64,000 nucleotides of DNA from Raillietiella orientalis (Eukaryota). Positions 52,001 through 64,000 of this stretch are shown piece by piece (position 1 is the first letter of the stretch; every line of letters begins with the position of its first letter). A program made the position numbers and the translations under genes. Where the stretch lies: positions 4,154,001 through 4,218,000 of the forward strand of contig JAYWIR010000005.1 of assembly GCA_036172245.1 (NCBI GenBank), read 5' to 3'. Below the pieces are notes generated by a model. It saw only the letters and a list, made by a program, of their open reading frames with translations, ran no database searches and was not told the origin of the DNA.

Positions 52001-55000
52001 CTCCATCCCATCTAGAGAGCAAATCGGGAGCGCGCCCCGAGCCGGAGGACGGGATCGTCCCATCCAAACTCTTTGCCGCTTCAGGAGGGCAGCCCCTCGA
52101 GCGGACAGGTCAGGGAGAGAGCCGGGACTCCGGAAGAGGATATCCACTACGGTTAGCGGTTCGTCTGCCTGGGGTTTTTTCGGCAGGGGACCACTGACCC
52201 CTCTCCACGGAAAACCCCCGAAAGGCCGGGGACTTCCGGAAGGTGACTCTGGGCAAACGGGGACGAACAGGGGAAGAAGTGGGGAGCGGAGCAAACATTG
52301 GATGCGGGTGCACGAAAACTTGGGGCTCCTCCTCCCTATTACTGGCCCCTTTTGGCTGCCTGCTTCCCTCCAGTGACAGGAACCAGAAGTTCTCAGCGTT
52401 TCTTCCTTCCGAGCTCTGGGCTCGGTGTGCCCCTCGGCACTGACTCCACCTTTCCCTTCCTTCCGGATCGAAAGGGTATCGATGACCTGAGGCTACCGCT
52501 GTCGTGTAAAAAGAGGAGGGTGCGTCCTCGCCCGTCTACGACGGCCTCTCGAGAAGGGCGGGGGCTGAGGGCCGCACGTACCTTGATTTCCTTCTCTCCT
52601 TCCTAGTGCCTTACCGGCGGTGGGGAAGACGGAACCCCCGCGGAAACCGAGCCCAGGACTAGATGAGGGGAGAGTGAGGACCCTCTCACTTTTTCTCGTC
52701 CATTAGGGGCATGGGGAAGGAGAGGGGGAGAGCGGGGATTCGGCTGCCGTCCGGAGGCCGCGGACACTTCGCTTTCCGGGAAAGAGGCAAGGAGGGGGAG
52801 GTGCGGACCGGGAGACGCCCACGCGGCGCGCGCGCGCGCGCTCCCTCTCCCGGGACGAAACGGATGGGGCTAAGGAAAGCAAAAGCAAAAAAAAAAAAAG
52901 GAGGAGGGGGAGGAGGAGGAGGAATAGAGGGAGAGAGAGGGTCCGGGGAGAGGAAGGGATCTCTTCCAGGAAGACGCGTCTTCCTTTTCGCTGCACGTGT
53001 TGCGCGCAGGCTCTAATCGTCCTGGAACATGTGGCGGCCGACAGCAGCAGCAGCCTGGAAGGAGCGTAGACGCCGCCCCTCTCATCCCACTGATTGCCGC
53101 CGCCAACATCTGTCACGCAGGAGCGCGTCAACCCGTCCTATAAAAACGCGCGATAAAAAGAAAGGAGCAGGGAAGAAAGAGGGGAGGGGGGGGAGAGACG
53201 CAGAGGGGAGGAGGTGGGAGAGGAAAATCCGTCTGCATGTGTTTATCCCGAGATAAATCTTCTCAATTACCTCGTGCAAGGAGCACTCGCGCCCCCTTTC
53301 CCGAGGAGCGGCGGCTGCTTCCCCCCGCTGCCCAAATCATCCGACGGTGACGGCTAGGAAGACGAGGAAGAGGCAGGGAGAAGGAGGCACCCGCCGATTC
53401 CACAACAAGAGGAGAATAGGGAGGAGGTGCGAATGGGGGCAGGGATCCAGTCTTCCTCAGTTCGAGGTGGAAGGGACCGCATCGTCCCAAGGAAGCGTTC
53501 TCCCCAGCAAAGGGTCTCCCTCTACCGGGGCGAAGGGTTCGCGGCGCCACACACAACCCTGGCGAAGAGGAGTGGATGAGGGGAGTTGGGGGAGAGTAAA
53601 GAGTCGTATGAGGAGAGGGGAAACCCTCCTCGGTGGACGATGCACGCCACAATCCCAGGGCAGGTCCCGTGGGTCGTGAGCGACTGACAAGGGGATCGTT
53701 CTCGCCTCCCGGACTGGTGAAGAGGAAAAGAAGGACGCTTCCATCCGGAAGAGGGGTGCACCGAGCTTCGGCAAAACGGGTTCCCTTTCCTTACGAGCCG
53801 AGGGAGACAGGATTCACACTCTTTTCCTGTTCTCCTCCTGCTCTGAAGACGGCGGGTCTCTCTCCACAGGTCTCTCGAGCAGACCTCCAGCAATCCAGCA
53901 GCAGATCGCCCTTCCTCTCGCTTTCCCGGAGCGATTGCCGGAACAGCACGAGAGAGTCGCCGCCTCCGGAGCCCCCTCTGCCCTCCTGGGTATCCCTTGC
54001 GTTTCCCACCGCCAGCCGCGCGCCCGACGGCGACCTTCTCACGCAGTCAGCAGCGCGCGGGCGTCAGCCGCGACGCGAAAGCCAAGCCACCGTGAAGCGC
54101 ACGGAGAAGCCCCGTCAGTCGGGAGCATGAAATACTCCCGGGAGCGGCGGGAGCGGGGTGACCTCGGTCCCAGGGTGAGACGACGGGTTCTCCACCTGTT
54201 CGTGTGAAGCGACCCCGGGGGTTTTCCCCGCTGGGTCGGCTAAGGAGGCTCCCGCGCGCGCCCGTAAATCACCCTGGCGCCTCCAGCCACCCGCTCTAAT
54301 GAGACGGCGGGGCGTGCGCGCCCTTCGCTGCTGCTCTGGTCTGGACGGAGGCCGCGCACTCTTTGCCCATAGAAAGAGTAGACGGATGGACGTTGGGCGC
54401 TCCATCTCTCTCCCTCAAGTCCTCGTTCGCTGGCGAACCTCCTTCGTGTCTCCCTTCCCTCGTCAACCTCAGAGGCAGTGGCTCCGCGGAGCGCCACCTG
54501 CAAGGCGGCGTCAAGTGGTTCTCTCCCTGTCCTGGGGTCGCATTATCACTTCCGGAATTCTTCAAAACTCAAAGGTGTCCGAAGAGCTCCGACGACGAAA
54601 GCCTTAGAAATCTTACAGGAAGATCGGAGAGCATGAAGTGCCTATCCCGAATACGTGACTGAGAATTCCCTAGGAGAGGGAGTAAGAAAGATGAGAGGTA
54701 GGGAATCTCCCCGGGAGGGCACCGACACTGCTGCAGGAAGCTGAGATGCACCCACAGGGTATCGCACGCTCCGGGAGATTGGGGTGCGCCCACCTGGGAA
54801 AGAGCTGAACGCCTCTTTGGAAGATGTCTTCCAGCATCTCCTGGCTTCTGCCACCTCCTCAGCTCCTAGAGGTCGCGCCTCTGTAATTCCAGGAAAAGAA
54901 GGGATCGGCACCGTGGCAGAGCTGGTTCTTTTGCAGCGGAGTATCAGGATCCTGTAACCGGGAGGACGGGATGCGTGATTTGGAAAGAAGTGATTTATGC

Positions 55001-56660
55001 GCCGAAGCTCGCAGTCCCTTCTATTGGCTCCGGGATCCAGTCGAAGAACCATCGAAAGATCTTCCTCTTCCTTTCCCTGGAGTGGACCATTTGGGAATTT
55101 GCTCTCGAGAATGTATCCTGAGGCGTTCTTCAGAGAAAGGGAACGTGGAGACAAGGAGAAGAGCTCTTGTCCATGCGATGTCAGCAGCAGTGGTGCGAGA
55201 GGAACCGCCCAGAGCTGAAGGAACCAAGATCCGCTTCCCTCTTCTCTGTTCCAGAGGGACATCCTCTAAAGGTCTAAACACGCATGGACGGTCGTTTGCA
55301 GCTTTGTCAGCAGGGTAGGTAGTGACTCTACCTCTTCGAAAGAGATCCGCGTGGTTTTTCAACTACCAATTGCTCTCGGCGGAATCATGAAGTGAAGTGA
55401 GCAGTCCGAGCCTCCATCCCTGAAAGCTTTCTGAAATGGTCCGATGCCGGATGAGTTTCTAGGCTCTCCGGGAAGGCTTCTCGCGCTGCGGCCAGAATGT
55501 GACTGCTTGTTCTACCAAGAGAAGATTAAAAAGGAGAGAAAAAGTCCTCAGAGGAAATGAGGAACTCTCGGAAACGAAGGAAGGTTGACAAAGAGCAGGA
55601 AGATCACACGGAAGTCAGCATCGTCGTCCGGCAAGGCAACCGCTGTTCTCAAGAAGCCAGACTCTATATTGTTCAAGAAGGAGGCTGCTGCGAGGCTCCA
55701 ATCGACGCACCCAAGGTCACGGCACGTTTAAGGATCAGGAGACAGCCCTAAGCTACCAAGAAGCACGTTGGATCAACGGCTACAGCGTGGACCCGGAGGA
55801 GATAAATCCGTTCACCATGAAGCACCCATACCTTCGGTCGTCAGCGTGCAGACGAGCGTCTCCTACAAACCGGAGGTGACTGCGGATAGCAACAAGAAGA
55901 ATCTGCCTCCGTTGTCTCCCTATTCATCGGTAGCCTAGAAGGAGAAGAAGGAAGCAGCATCCAGAAGGATGGCAAAAGTGGCGGCTGCCAAGGGCTGTGG
56001 CCGCAGGTTTGGAAGCGAAGAGGACGGCGTCAGGAGTTCTCTTGAAGACGGAAAAGCGCGTCTCCACCTCGTCAGCCGATGACGTCAAGACGCATCAGCC
56101 ACTCACAGATGAGGAACTGAAAGCAGCTCACCCGGAGAATGTAGTGAGTAAGTCGAAGGAGAATAAAACGACTCCGAGTAAGGAGGGTGTAGAGAACGAG
56201 GGGCTTCAAGAAGCGTCTGGGTCACTGTCTGGAAACATTGCTGCAATCTTTCTCCCAAAAAAGTTCCTAGACCCAGTTTTTTCGTATCTCTGTGCTAGCG
56301 ACGTTATCAGGTGATCTGACGGCAAAACGACTCGAGCAAAACTGCTAATCTCTCCTGTCCATCTCTGGGAGGTTGGCTGGACGTGATCTCAGCAACTGAC
56401 ATTCTCCAAAGCGGTAAAGCCATTCTATGGCCATGTCCGGAGATCAGGAACAGGAGCACTGGTCGGTGTTTGATCACTTCGTGGATTTTCGTGTATCGGA
56501 CTCTCAGAGATCCTCAGAGGGACCTTCGAACTTCTGCTGAACACTTCGCGGTGGGGACCTGTGAAGGGTCCCTTCCTTCATCTAAGGACGGCAGAGCAGC
56601 TGCTAGCCTTTGTGAGCTACAGGTGCTGCTCTTCTAAGCGGGTGGGTCCGCGAGTGCACG

Positions 56661-56807
56661 GATTCCTTCCTCGAACAAGGTGAGAACCCTTTTTGGAGTC
56701 TTAGCTGCAAACTCCTTCTGAAACTTCCCTTTTCTCCGATACCAATCGGGCCAGCGGATCATGAAAAAGACAGAATTTCCCTTCCTGGTCGTAGACATCC
56801 GACATCC
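56661..56807 (-). pseudogene. Chromo-shadow-domain-like remnant (HP1 family)
   Basis: DVYDQEG(frameshift)..VFFMIRWPD......KEFAAKTPKRVLTLFEEGI compared with HP1 GATDSSGELMFLMKW......KEANVKCPQIVIxFYEERL. Confidence 0.55.
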
Positions 56808-57104
56808 GAGCGTCCAGAGATGCCTTCCTTCCACTTTGATCGCACCAAAGGTCTCGGCTTCAGGCATAGGGTCCACTTGGTCGTCGCTTCCGTAGAGCAA
56901 AGAGGCGATCTTCCCGCAACAAAATGGACCCTCTTGTTTACGTTTCCTCCCTGATTTTCCTGACTTCCTCGTTCAAAGCTCAGATTTATCTTTTCGCTCC
57001 AGGAAGCCTCCCATTTTGTTGAGTGCGAGAAAACAATGAACTGCTTCCTGCTTCATCCCTCACGACCCGCCAAAGTGGATCGGCAGGATCCAAATTACAA
57101 CACC

Positions 57105-57230
57105 GAGGAGTCTGGAATTGAGAGCCACGTCCGAGGACGTCACAGGGAACCTCAAAACAGCGTGGCTATGCGCATGCGCTTCCTGATAGGATGGAAAGAG
57201 TGGGAGTCGTCTTACAAGCTGGTCACCGTT
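57105..57230 (+). pseudogene. Chromodomain-like remnant
   Basis: EESGIE...MRFLIGWKEWESSY(frameshift)SWSP compared with the chromodomain E.YxVE...YLVKWKGWxxxxNTWEP. Confidence 0.4.
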
Positions 57231-59640
57231 CTGGGAAACGAAGCTAGAAGAGGGAAAGGTTGGCTTTCAAACTCGATTGGGAAGCCGGCGACAGGATCGT
57301 GTGGAAATTCCATGCCACGTTCCGGAAGCGCCGAAGGGAGCGGATTGACACCAGGAGGATCAACCCGAAGGACTGTGCCCTCTCAGAATATTCTTGCATC
57401 TGCCACTTTGCTCCCAGTAGGTGCTCGAGTTTCGATGGCTGCCACCTACTACGGATGCTTTGCCTGAATACACGAAGGATATCACGTCCCGACTGCACTG
57501 AGCCACTGGGTCATCGATGGGAATGGAGCTCTGGGAAGCTCTCAGCCGACAATGATCAGCTGACAGTTATCTCGGACTCCCGGTTAAATGTTCGGGGTGT
57601 TTGTGAGGTGATCCAGAAAGTTCAGGTCACTCTGAGATGGAGGTTCTGGCTGGCAAGGCGGCGTGCTCCTTCCGATTCCATCTGGGAAGAGGAGAACCGG
57701 CGCAGCTTCGTCATGAAGACAAGAGCGATCTTGAAGTGGAAAAAAAGGGGGGGAAAGCATCCCTTCTCTCTCTGCTCAGAGAGTTCGCCCTTTCCTTCGT
57801 AGAGTCCGTGTCTCTCTCCCTGTCTCGTCCTGTGCTCCTCCTCCCTCTGCCTTACAATAGACGGATCAAGTCGACCCCCGGAAAACCTGCCAGTCTCTGA
57901 GTGGAGTTTGCTGAATCCCCTCCCCCCCACATCTCAGATTGCTCATCTTCCTCCTCTTCTTGGCCTCCACGCAACAATTAGTCACTTCCACTCCTCCCAA
58001 GAAACACGTGGATGCAAGACCTCACGGTATGCGTCAAAGACCGACGTTGCCAGGAGCCAACTGAGAGGCTGGAGCTCCCTTGCACGATTGCCAGAGCGGC
58101 CACACCCCTAGGAGGATGGATGATGAAGCAGCAGACCCACTTGCACATGTGCCTCCACGATGAACTCGTGGTCCTCTCCTACCTGCGTCTCGACGACCCC
58201 AAGCTCCCCTTCGGATGACCTCTCTTCCTGCACGGGGGACTCCGATGCAGCCAGTGTCGCCGCTGGGAGCACTTGCCCTCCTACCTGCGTGTGAGGTGCG
58301 GCGCGATCAGCAACTCCTGCTGAGTCATGATGGCATCTTTATTCCGGGATGGGAACTCCGAGACTCCACCGTGCCCGGTCGAAACCCCGAAGAACTTCAC
58401 GAATAGGTTGTTTCTTCCCCAGGGGCTCTTTACTGCCGCCGTGGTTACGGTACTGCGTTACGTTCACAGCATCGCGGCGGCGCTCTAGATGCAAGGGCCC
58501 TCAAGATGGAGAGTCCATACTTCTGACCACTGGCATGGTGTGACGAGACATCAATTTGCTTTCGGGCATAACTGAACAGCGAGATCCCATGTGCTGCGAA
58601 ACTTCCGGACCTCCTCACGAGGAAACAGGGGCCGCACGTCGCACAGCTACGCCTTCCACCCACGTGGCCGTTGCTGACGTCACTTCTCCATCGGAGCGAA
58701 AGCGGGAAGCCTCGTTCATGCAGCTGAGGTCCTGGCTACGCCAGCGGGCTCCACCTGGAATCGAGGCTTCCCGAGTCACGGTAAAGGCCGTGGCGACCCG
58801 GCCGCGTGGGACCCAAGCGGTGAAGGCGAGTCGAGGAGGTCGGGCCCGACGCTGTCCGGTCTCGACTGTCATCCAGGACCCTCTGGGTGCCTGTCTGGAC
58901 TCCAGGAGACCGCACTGCATGCTCGCCCCGCGGCAAACTCCTCGGCTCGTCAGTCCTATTGCCCTGCCCGTCAAGGGCGAGTCGTGCGTCGGTAGCTGTG
59001 GAGGAGGACGCAGGATGGTACGCCGACCTGCTGCACCGGGATCCGACTGGCACGGCTGCTGGGCAGGCTCTTGCCTCGTCCCGATCTACGCGTGAGGGCG
59101 TGGACGACGTCACGTTGCCTGCCGCAAGCGGTCGATCGAGGCCGGACTCTGCACCCATGCGGCCACTACTGACTTCACCTTCCCTTTGAGAACAAGCGAC
59201 GGGAGTCCCTCGTGGGAGCTCGAAGTCTCTGTGGTCGTGGTGGACTCTGCCTCGGACGGAGCCTTAGGAGCACCGCACACTGGCGATGGTTGCGACCTCG
59301 GCTCCCGGACTACCAAAGCCCCCTCCTGCCTGTCCCGGTGCAGCTGCAGCCACCCTCGGGACGTCACCGGGAGCGCGTGTCGAGCCAGCCGACCAGACGT
59401 CCACGCCAATCTGGGCCAAGGGGGTCAACACCGAGCTTCCTCCCCCCCTTTTGGCGGTGCCTGCTCCACAAAGCCAAACGCTGATTCACGTGCGGGAAGA
59501 TCCCGGATGACCCCTCCGTGGTCCCAATGCTCTCTCTACAATGTCTAGTCTGTCACCTCCAAGGAATATCCTTACGTTCCGAAATGAGTGGTTTAGTGAA
59601 GGATCGTTTCTCCTCCACTAGCTTGCTCTCCGCACCCGAT

Positions 59641-59830
59641 TTTCCAATCCTTTCGTACTAAGAAAATATATTACAATTTAAAGATAGAAACCAATCTGGC
59701 TTACGCCGATCTAAACTCAAATCATGTAGGATTTTCAGTCGAACAGACTGCTACTATAAACCTTATTCATCTTATAGATACCTAATTCAACATCGAGGTC
59801 GCAAAATTTCATATCAATTAGAACTCTCCA
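59641..59830 (-). rRNA. rrnL: Mitochondrial 16S rRNA 3' fragment inserted in nuclear DNA (NUMT, non-functional)
   Basis: AT-rich ~190-bp island containing the reverse complements of conserved metazoan rrnL motifs in the correct order: cctttcgtacta, gatagaaaccaatctggcttacgccgatctaaactcaaatcatgta (16Sbr primer site), aattcaacatcgaggtcgcaa. Confidence 0.95.
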
Positions 59831-62800
59831 ACGCGCAGCTGGAGACAGCGGCTTTCGACGTTCTCTTTGGTGGACAGAGGATGCTGCGCGGGTCATCAAC
59901 GTTGCTACACAACGGAAGCCCCCCTTCCATGCTGGTTGTCCTAGGAAACCCGCTGAGACCAAAGAGCGCGCGGGGGCGAAGCTCTGCGGCTGTTCCCTTC
60001 AGAGAAAACGAAAAACCTCTTCCTGGCTCCAGGGCGGCCAAGTCTCCTTCCCTATCTGAGGAGCTCCTCCCAAGTCTAGTCCACCCGCCTACCCATCCTT
60101 TCCTCCATCTCTCTCACGGGGTCTCGGATGCCTGCGCCGCGATCGCCTACCAGCGGTTGCCACGAGACCAAGGACAGAGGCTCATCTGGGAAAGCGCCGC
60201 CAATGGGACGCCAAGAGCGCGCAAGTGTCACCTGAGGGATGACCACTGGGGAGGAAGAGGAGGCTACCGCACCGCGCACGCCCCTGACCCGCCCCACCCT
60301 TCGGAAGAAAGGGTCTTCCCTTCTGTTCGTGCCACTGGGATGTTCTCATGTCTGTGGGACACCCATCGACTTCGTCAGGTGGCGCGCACGGGGTCAGACT
60401 TTCGCGCCGATTGGCACGGTCCCCCGATCTCCGAGATCATCGATTCTCTTCCGGATTCAGGAACATTCCGGTGGCCCCTTCCTTCTCTGCAGGCTTGACC
60501 GTGCCTTCGACATCAAGTGGAAGCTCGTGGCGCGGCTTCGGCCCGAGGCAGACAGAGCTGCGAAAGTGGTGGTGAACTCCCCTTTTGAAAATTCAGCACC
60601 ACAAAAGTAAAATACAACAATGTGAAATTTGACAATGCAATGCTTTAAATGTAATAATAGGATTGAATTTTTAATTTAAATTTTTAGCGATAGAATTTAC
60701 ACCTTGATCTGAAAATTTCTCACGTGACTGAAAATTTAAACGGAAAGCGCTCGGAGATGTGCACGGCACCCTGTGATAAGCCCCCAGGGTCTTCCCTCCT
60801 GTCCTGCGCTCGACTTCCCTGATGCGCTGACGATTGCTGAGTACCAGTCATAGCGGCCTCCGCTTCGAAACCGGCGGCTGGTTCCCGGCATCAGCGGGAT
60901 GCTGGAAGCAAGAGCAGCCGACATCGCAACCGGATCAACCGCTGCGTGTGCTGCACGTGTGCGCCGCGCTTCACCCCCAGGGGTCGCTCCCGTCGCACTC
61001 GGGGACCATCAGGTCTCTCTCCGCTCACGAATCGGGGAGGATTCACGAAGACTTCCGTGGGCCGCTTTCGTAACCTCCCTGAAACCGCATCCCCCTGTCC
61101 ACAGATGCTCCTGACAAGAGTCTCCGCGTCCAAGAGCACGCCCCGAATTCCCGGTCCCGCTCTCGCAAAGTGGATGTCGGCTGCTGTTGGAAACGGGCCC
61201 ACGTGTCTGGGTCAGCGCGCCACGCGAGGTCTCTCCTCCGAACTGCCACGCATCTGGAGCCAGAGAGCGTGCAAATTCGATCTTTGCTTCCAGGATTAGC
61301 TTCCGGCGATCCCGTCGAGTACTGCGTGCTTCCCTGCGGGACGGTGACTCTCGTGCTGTCTCTCGTTGCCACTAAAGCTTCACCACTTCCTCTCCATTAA
61401 GACTGCGTCCCGCCTTTGGGGGACTCCAGGAGCCATTCTGATTTTTTCTTTCTCTCTCTTTCGGGAAGGGGGAGAGGAGTCTTCTCCGTCCGAGAAACAG
61501 GGATCCCTTCGCACGGCTCCACCTCCGCGTGCGAAGCTTCAAAGTGCTCGTTCCCTGAACTGGCCCTCCCTGTCCGGTTCGAATCCGTCTAGAGACCTGC
61601 GGACTGAATTCTACTCCAATCATTCGATGCAATGAACGGGTCTGGCATCTTCCAGGCCGGGAGGAAAGGATCCGAGACACACAATGGTGGAAAAAGTAGA
61701 GAGGGGGTGGAAAGAGGCTCAACAGGTAAGCAAATAAACAAGGGTGGGACGACTCCCTCATCACTACCTCCACTGGTGGTGATGATGAGGGATAAATAAA
61801 TAGGGGTAGCATCCGGCGATCGGTTCACCCAACCTCCCTCTCTGCCTCGCCCGCACACCGCCGATCTCTCTAGCGATGCACTGAGGTCACCCTGGAAATG
61901 GGAAGCATCGACCTGCCTCCGAGGGTAGCACCTTCAAAAAAAGTGAGCTCTGAGGAATCGTGGATGCGCTCGTGGAAGGCTCCAGGAAGCTGCAACGGGG
62001 CCGGAAAAAGGCGCGTCGCAGGGGGCACCATATAAATTCTCGGTTTTCCGGGATGTTTCCTCTCCAGGACCTGCTCGGAAGGTTACTGGTTGCCTCCCTT
62101 CTGACCTCCTCTACTAGCCACTAGCCTCAGCAGCCAAGATGAAAGAAGGATTTGGTCGCCATTCCAGAGAGCGTTGGGCAGTCCCCTTCATCCTCTTCAG
62201 CGAACTGAGATGGCAAGGCCCAAACCGGAAAGCCGATATAGGGTGGAGCCTCGGGAGCAGATAGAGATTGATACTCCCGGGGCCACACCCGAAGGGACTA
62301 CCCTCAGTAGGGACAGATCTAGGGGGAAGCGGGTAGTAGGGAAGGAAGGACAATGAATAAATTGGGAACGGAATGGGAGACACACTGTACTCAGCATGAT
62401 TCCCGAGGCCATGGGAGGCACGGGAGGGGTAGTTGAACGCACCCCTCCGGCGTCAGCTGGGTCCTTCCACATCGTCCTCAGCGATCGGGCCATCTCGTTG
62501 ACCTTAGCACCTTAGCGTGCAGCTGCCTGCACGTGGCAGGGGTTTGTCAGCGATGAGGGACAGCCAGTGAGTCCCGAGAAGGAAGCATTTTTTCTTCAAG
62601 CAGACCTGGGAAGAAGGCAACACTTCTTCAAACAGCTTTCGATTCCCCGAAGCTGCCCTACGGGGCAGCATCGGGGAAGAGCCTCTGAGGTTGCTCCCTC
62701 CCTGGCTCGGACTCCCTCACTCGAGGAGCTAGGGCGCGGCAGGATCTCCACTATCCCGCATTGTGAGCATACTCGTAGGGAGCTCCCCTTCACCCCCTCC

Positions 62801-64000
62801 TCTGGGGCGTAGTGCCGTTCCTCGTTTCAGGGGAGACCGCGGAGAAACCCTGTGGAGAACACAGTCCCACGGAAATCCCGTTCGCCACTATGGAGCTCGT
62901 CCATCCATCCACCCTTATTTATATATTCACCTGTTGGCCCGCTCGCCCTACCTGTGCCCCCAACGTGGTTTCAAACGCTTCCGCCTCGTCCCGAAAGACT
63001 TCAGACCCTTTTTTTATTGCATCTTTATGTAACAGAATGGCCTAGCAATTCGGAAGGAGAAATCCGGAAGTTTCACTCGGAGGGTCGGTATGGAAACCGA
63101 AAGCGACGCAGATTCTTGCGCACACGATGTCTGCACATCGGCTCGCGGGACGTCGCGCGCGAAGATACAGACGAATCGGAGAGTAGACGTAGCGCTTTCT
63201 CCATCACCAAGGATCCACAAGGAATGTGCAACTTCCCTAGTGAGCTCCTCTCCACCTAGCAGCAGCACGCGTTCCTCCGTTCCCCCCTTCTCCTTTCTCC
63301 GGAGAAGAGAAGCAGATTCTTCGGCACACCTCGCTCGGATGCTAGACTAGGAAAATCCCTACTCCGCTGATACAGGGAACCAAAGTGGCTCCGAATGACC
63401 TGGGTGACCTGAATAATGCGATTTTCTTTTTCCACATAAGAAAGCCGGCTGGATGCGTAGGGAAATAGGGTCCCCTTTGTTGCGGATGAGCGAGAAATGC
63501 CTCCGCCGCGCCACGGCTCTAGCTCTCTGGAACACTGGCGGGCACAGAAGCATTTGCAAAATCGCGAGGGAACGCGGCGGATTCCGATGCGTCGCGAAGC
63601 GAACTCTGTCGAGAGGAACGGTCGCTAGGCAACCTGACCGAGCTGCAAGCGAGCGAGTTCCCGCGAGGAGAAACGAAGCTTCCAGCTCGTGTCGAGCCGT
63701 CTGACAAGTCCCACTGCAACCACTCGACCGCAAGGAGGAGGAGGTGAAATTGCACCAATCTTCTACACTCCTTCTTTCCGATCTGCTCGCGACCTTCTCC
63801 TCAACAATTTGAAAATTGTCATCCACCTGAGACGAATTTTCGATTTCCTCCTCCGTCCCCGTCCCCTTCTCTTTCTTCCACAAAATCTTCCTTCTCCTCC
63901 TACCAGCAGTTCCCAGCTAGCAAACGATGCGTAGGAAAACCGAAGACACGCACGCTGGATTCCCCACGGAAAGAGAAACTTGATGCAAAGTACATTTTCC

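Noticed and set aside
55700..55785. RRTQGHGTFKDQETALSYQEARWING, MORN-repeat-like
   Set aside because: A single imperfect repeat with broken flanking frames; cannot be supported without a search.
61575..61585. GGTTCGAATCC, a Pol III B-box / tRNA T-loop
   Set aside because: Only a 3-bp T stem, no properly spaced A-box and no cloverleaf; not called as tRNA or SINE.
1..64000. CRISPR arrays, operons, intact transposons, telomeric repeats
   Set aside because: I saw no repeat-spacer arrays, no long transposase or reverse-transcriptase ORFs and no (TTAGG)n. The architecture is spliceosomal eukaryotic.

Overview
Eukaryotic, intron-containing nuclear DNA from an animal, most likely an arthropod judging by the orthologue motifs and an AT-rich mitochondrial 16S fragment. 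I found no prokaryotic features such as operons or CRISPR arrays. Most ORFs in the supplied track look like spurious products of GC-rich sequence. Three genes are well supported: (1) a + strand multi-exon gene (~189-8630) for a disordered scaffold with AKAP2-C/MISP-like repeats and an N-terminal array of Tyr motifs; (2) a complete 4-exon TAX1BP3/TIP-1 PDZ gene (16950-17934, +) in an AT-rich, CpG-depleted block; (3) a lame duck/GLIS-type five-finger C2H2 transcription factor gene (- strand, ~27902-36756) with a recognisable core promoter near 37.2-37.4 kb and ~27 kb of upstream DNA with no clear genes. A weaker orphan 4-exon model lies at 24207-25347 (+). Two patchwork zones (~11.4-22 kb and ~55.4-61.4 kb) hold decayed fragments: an intronless PP2A-B55 pseudogene with a templated inverted insertion, a hAT transposase remnant, an endosymbiont-like ankyrin fragment, a mitochondrial 16S NUMT, and back-to-back chromodomain and chromo-shadow remnants. 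An ankyrin/SOCS-box remnant sits inside an intron of gene 1. All assignments come from manual translation and motif recognition; no searches were run.
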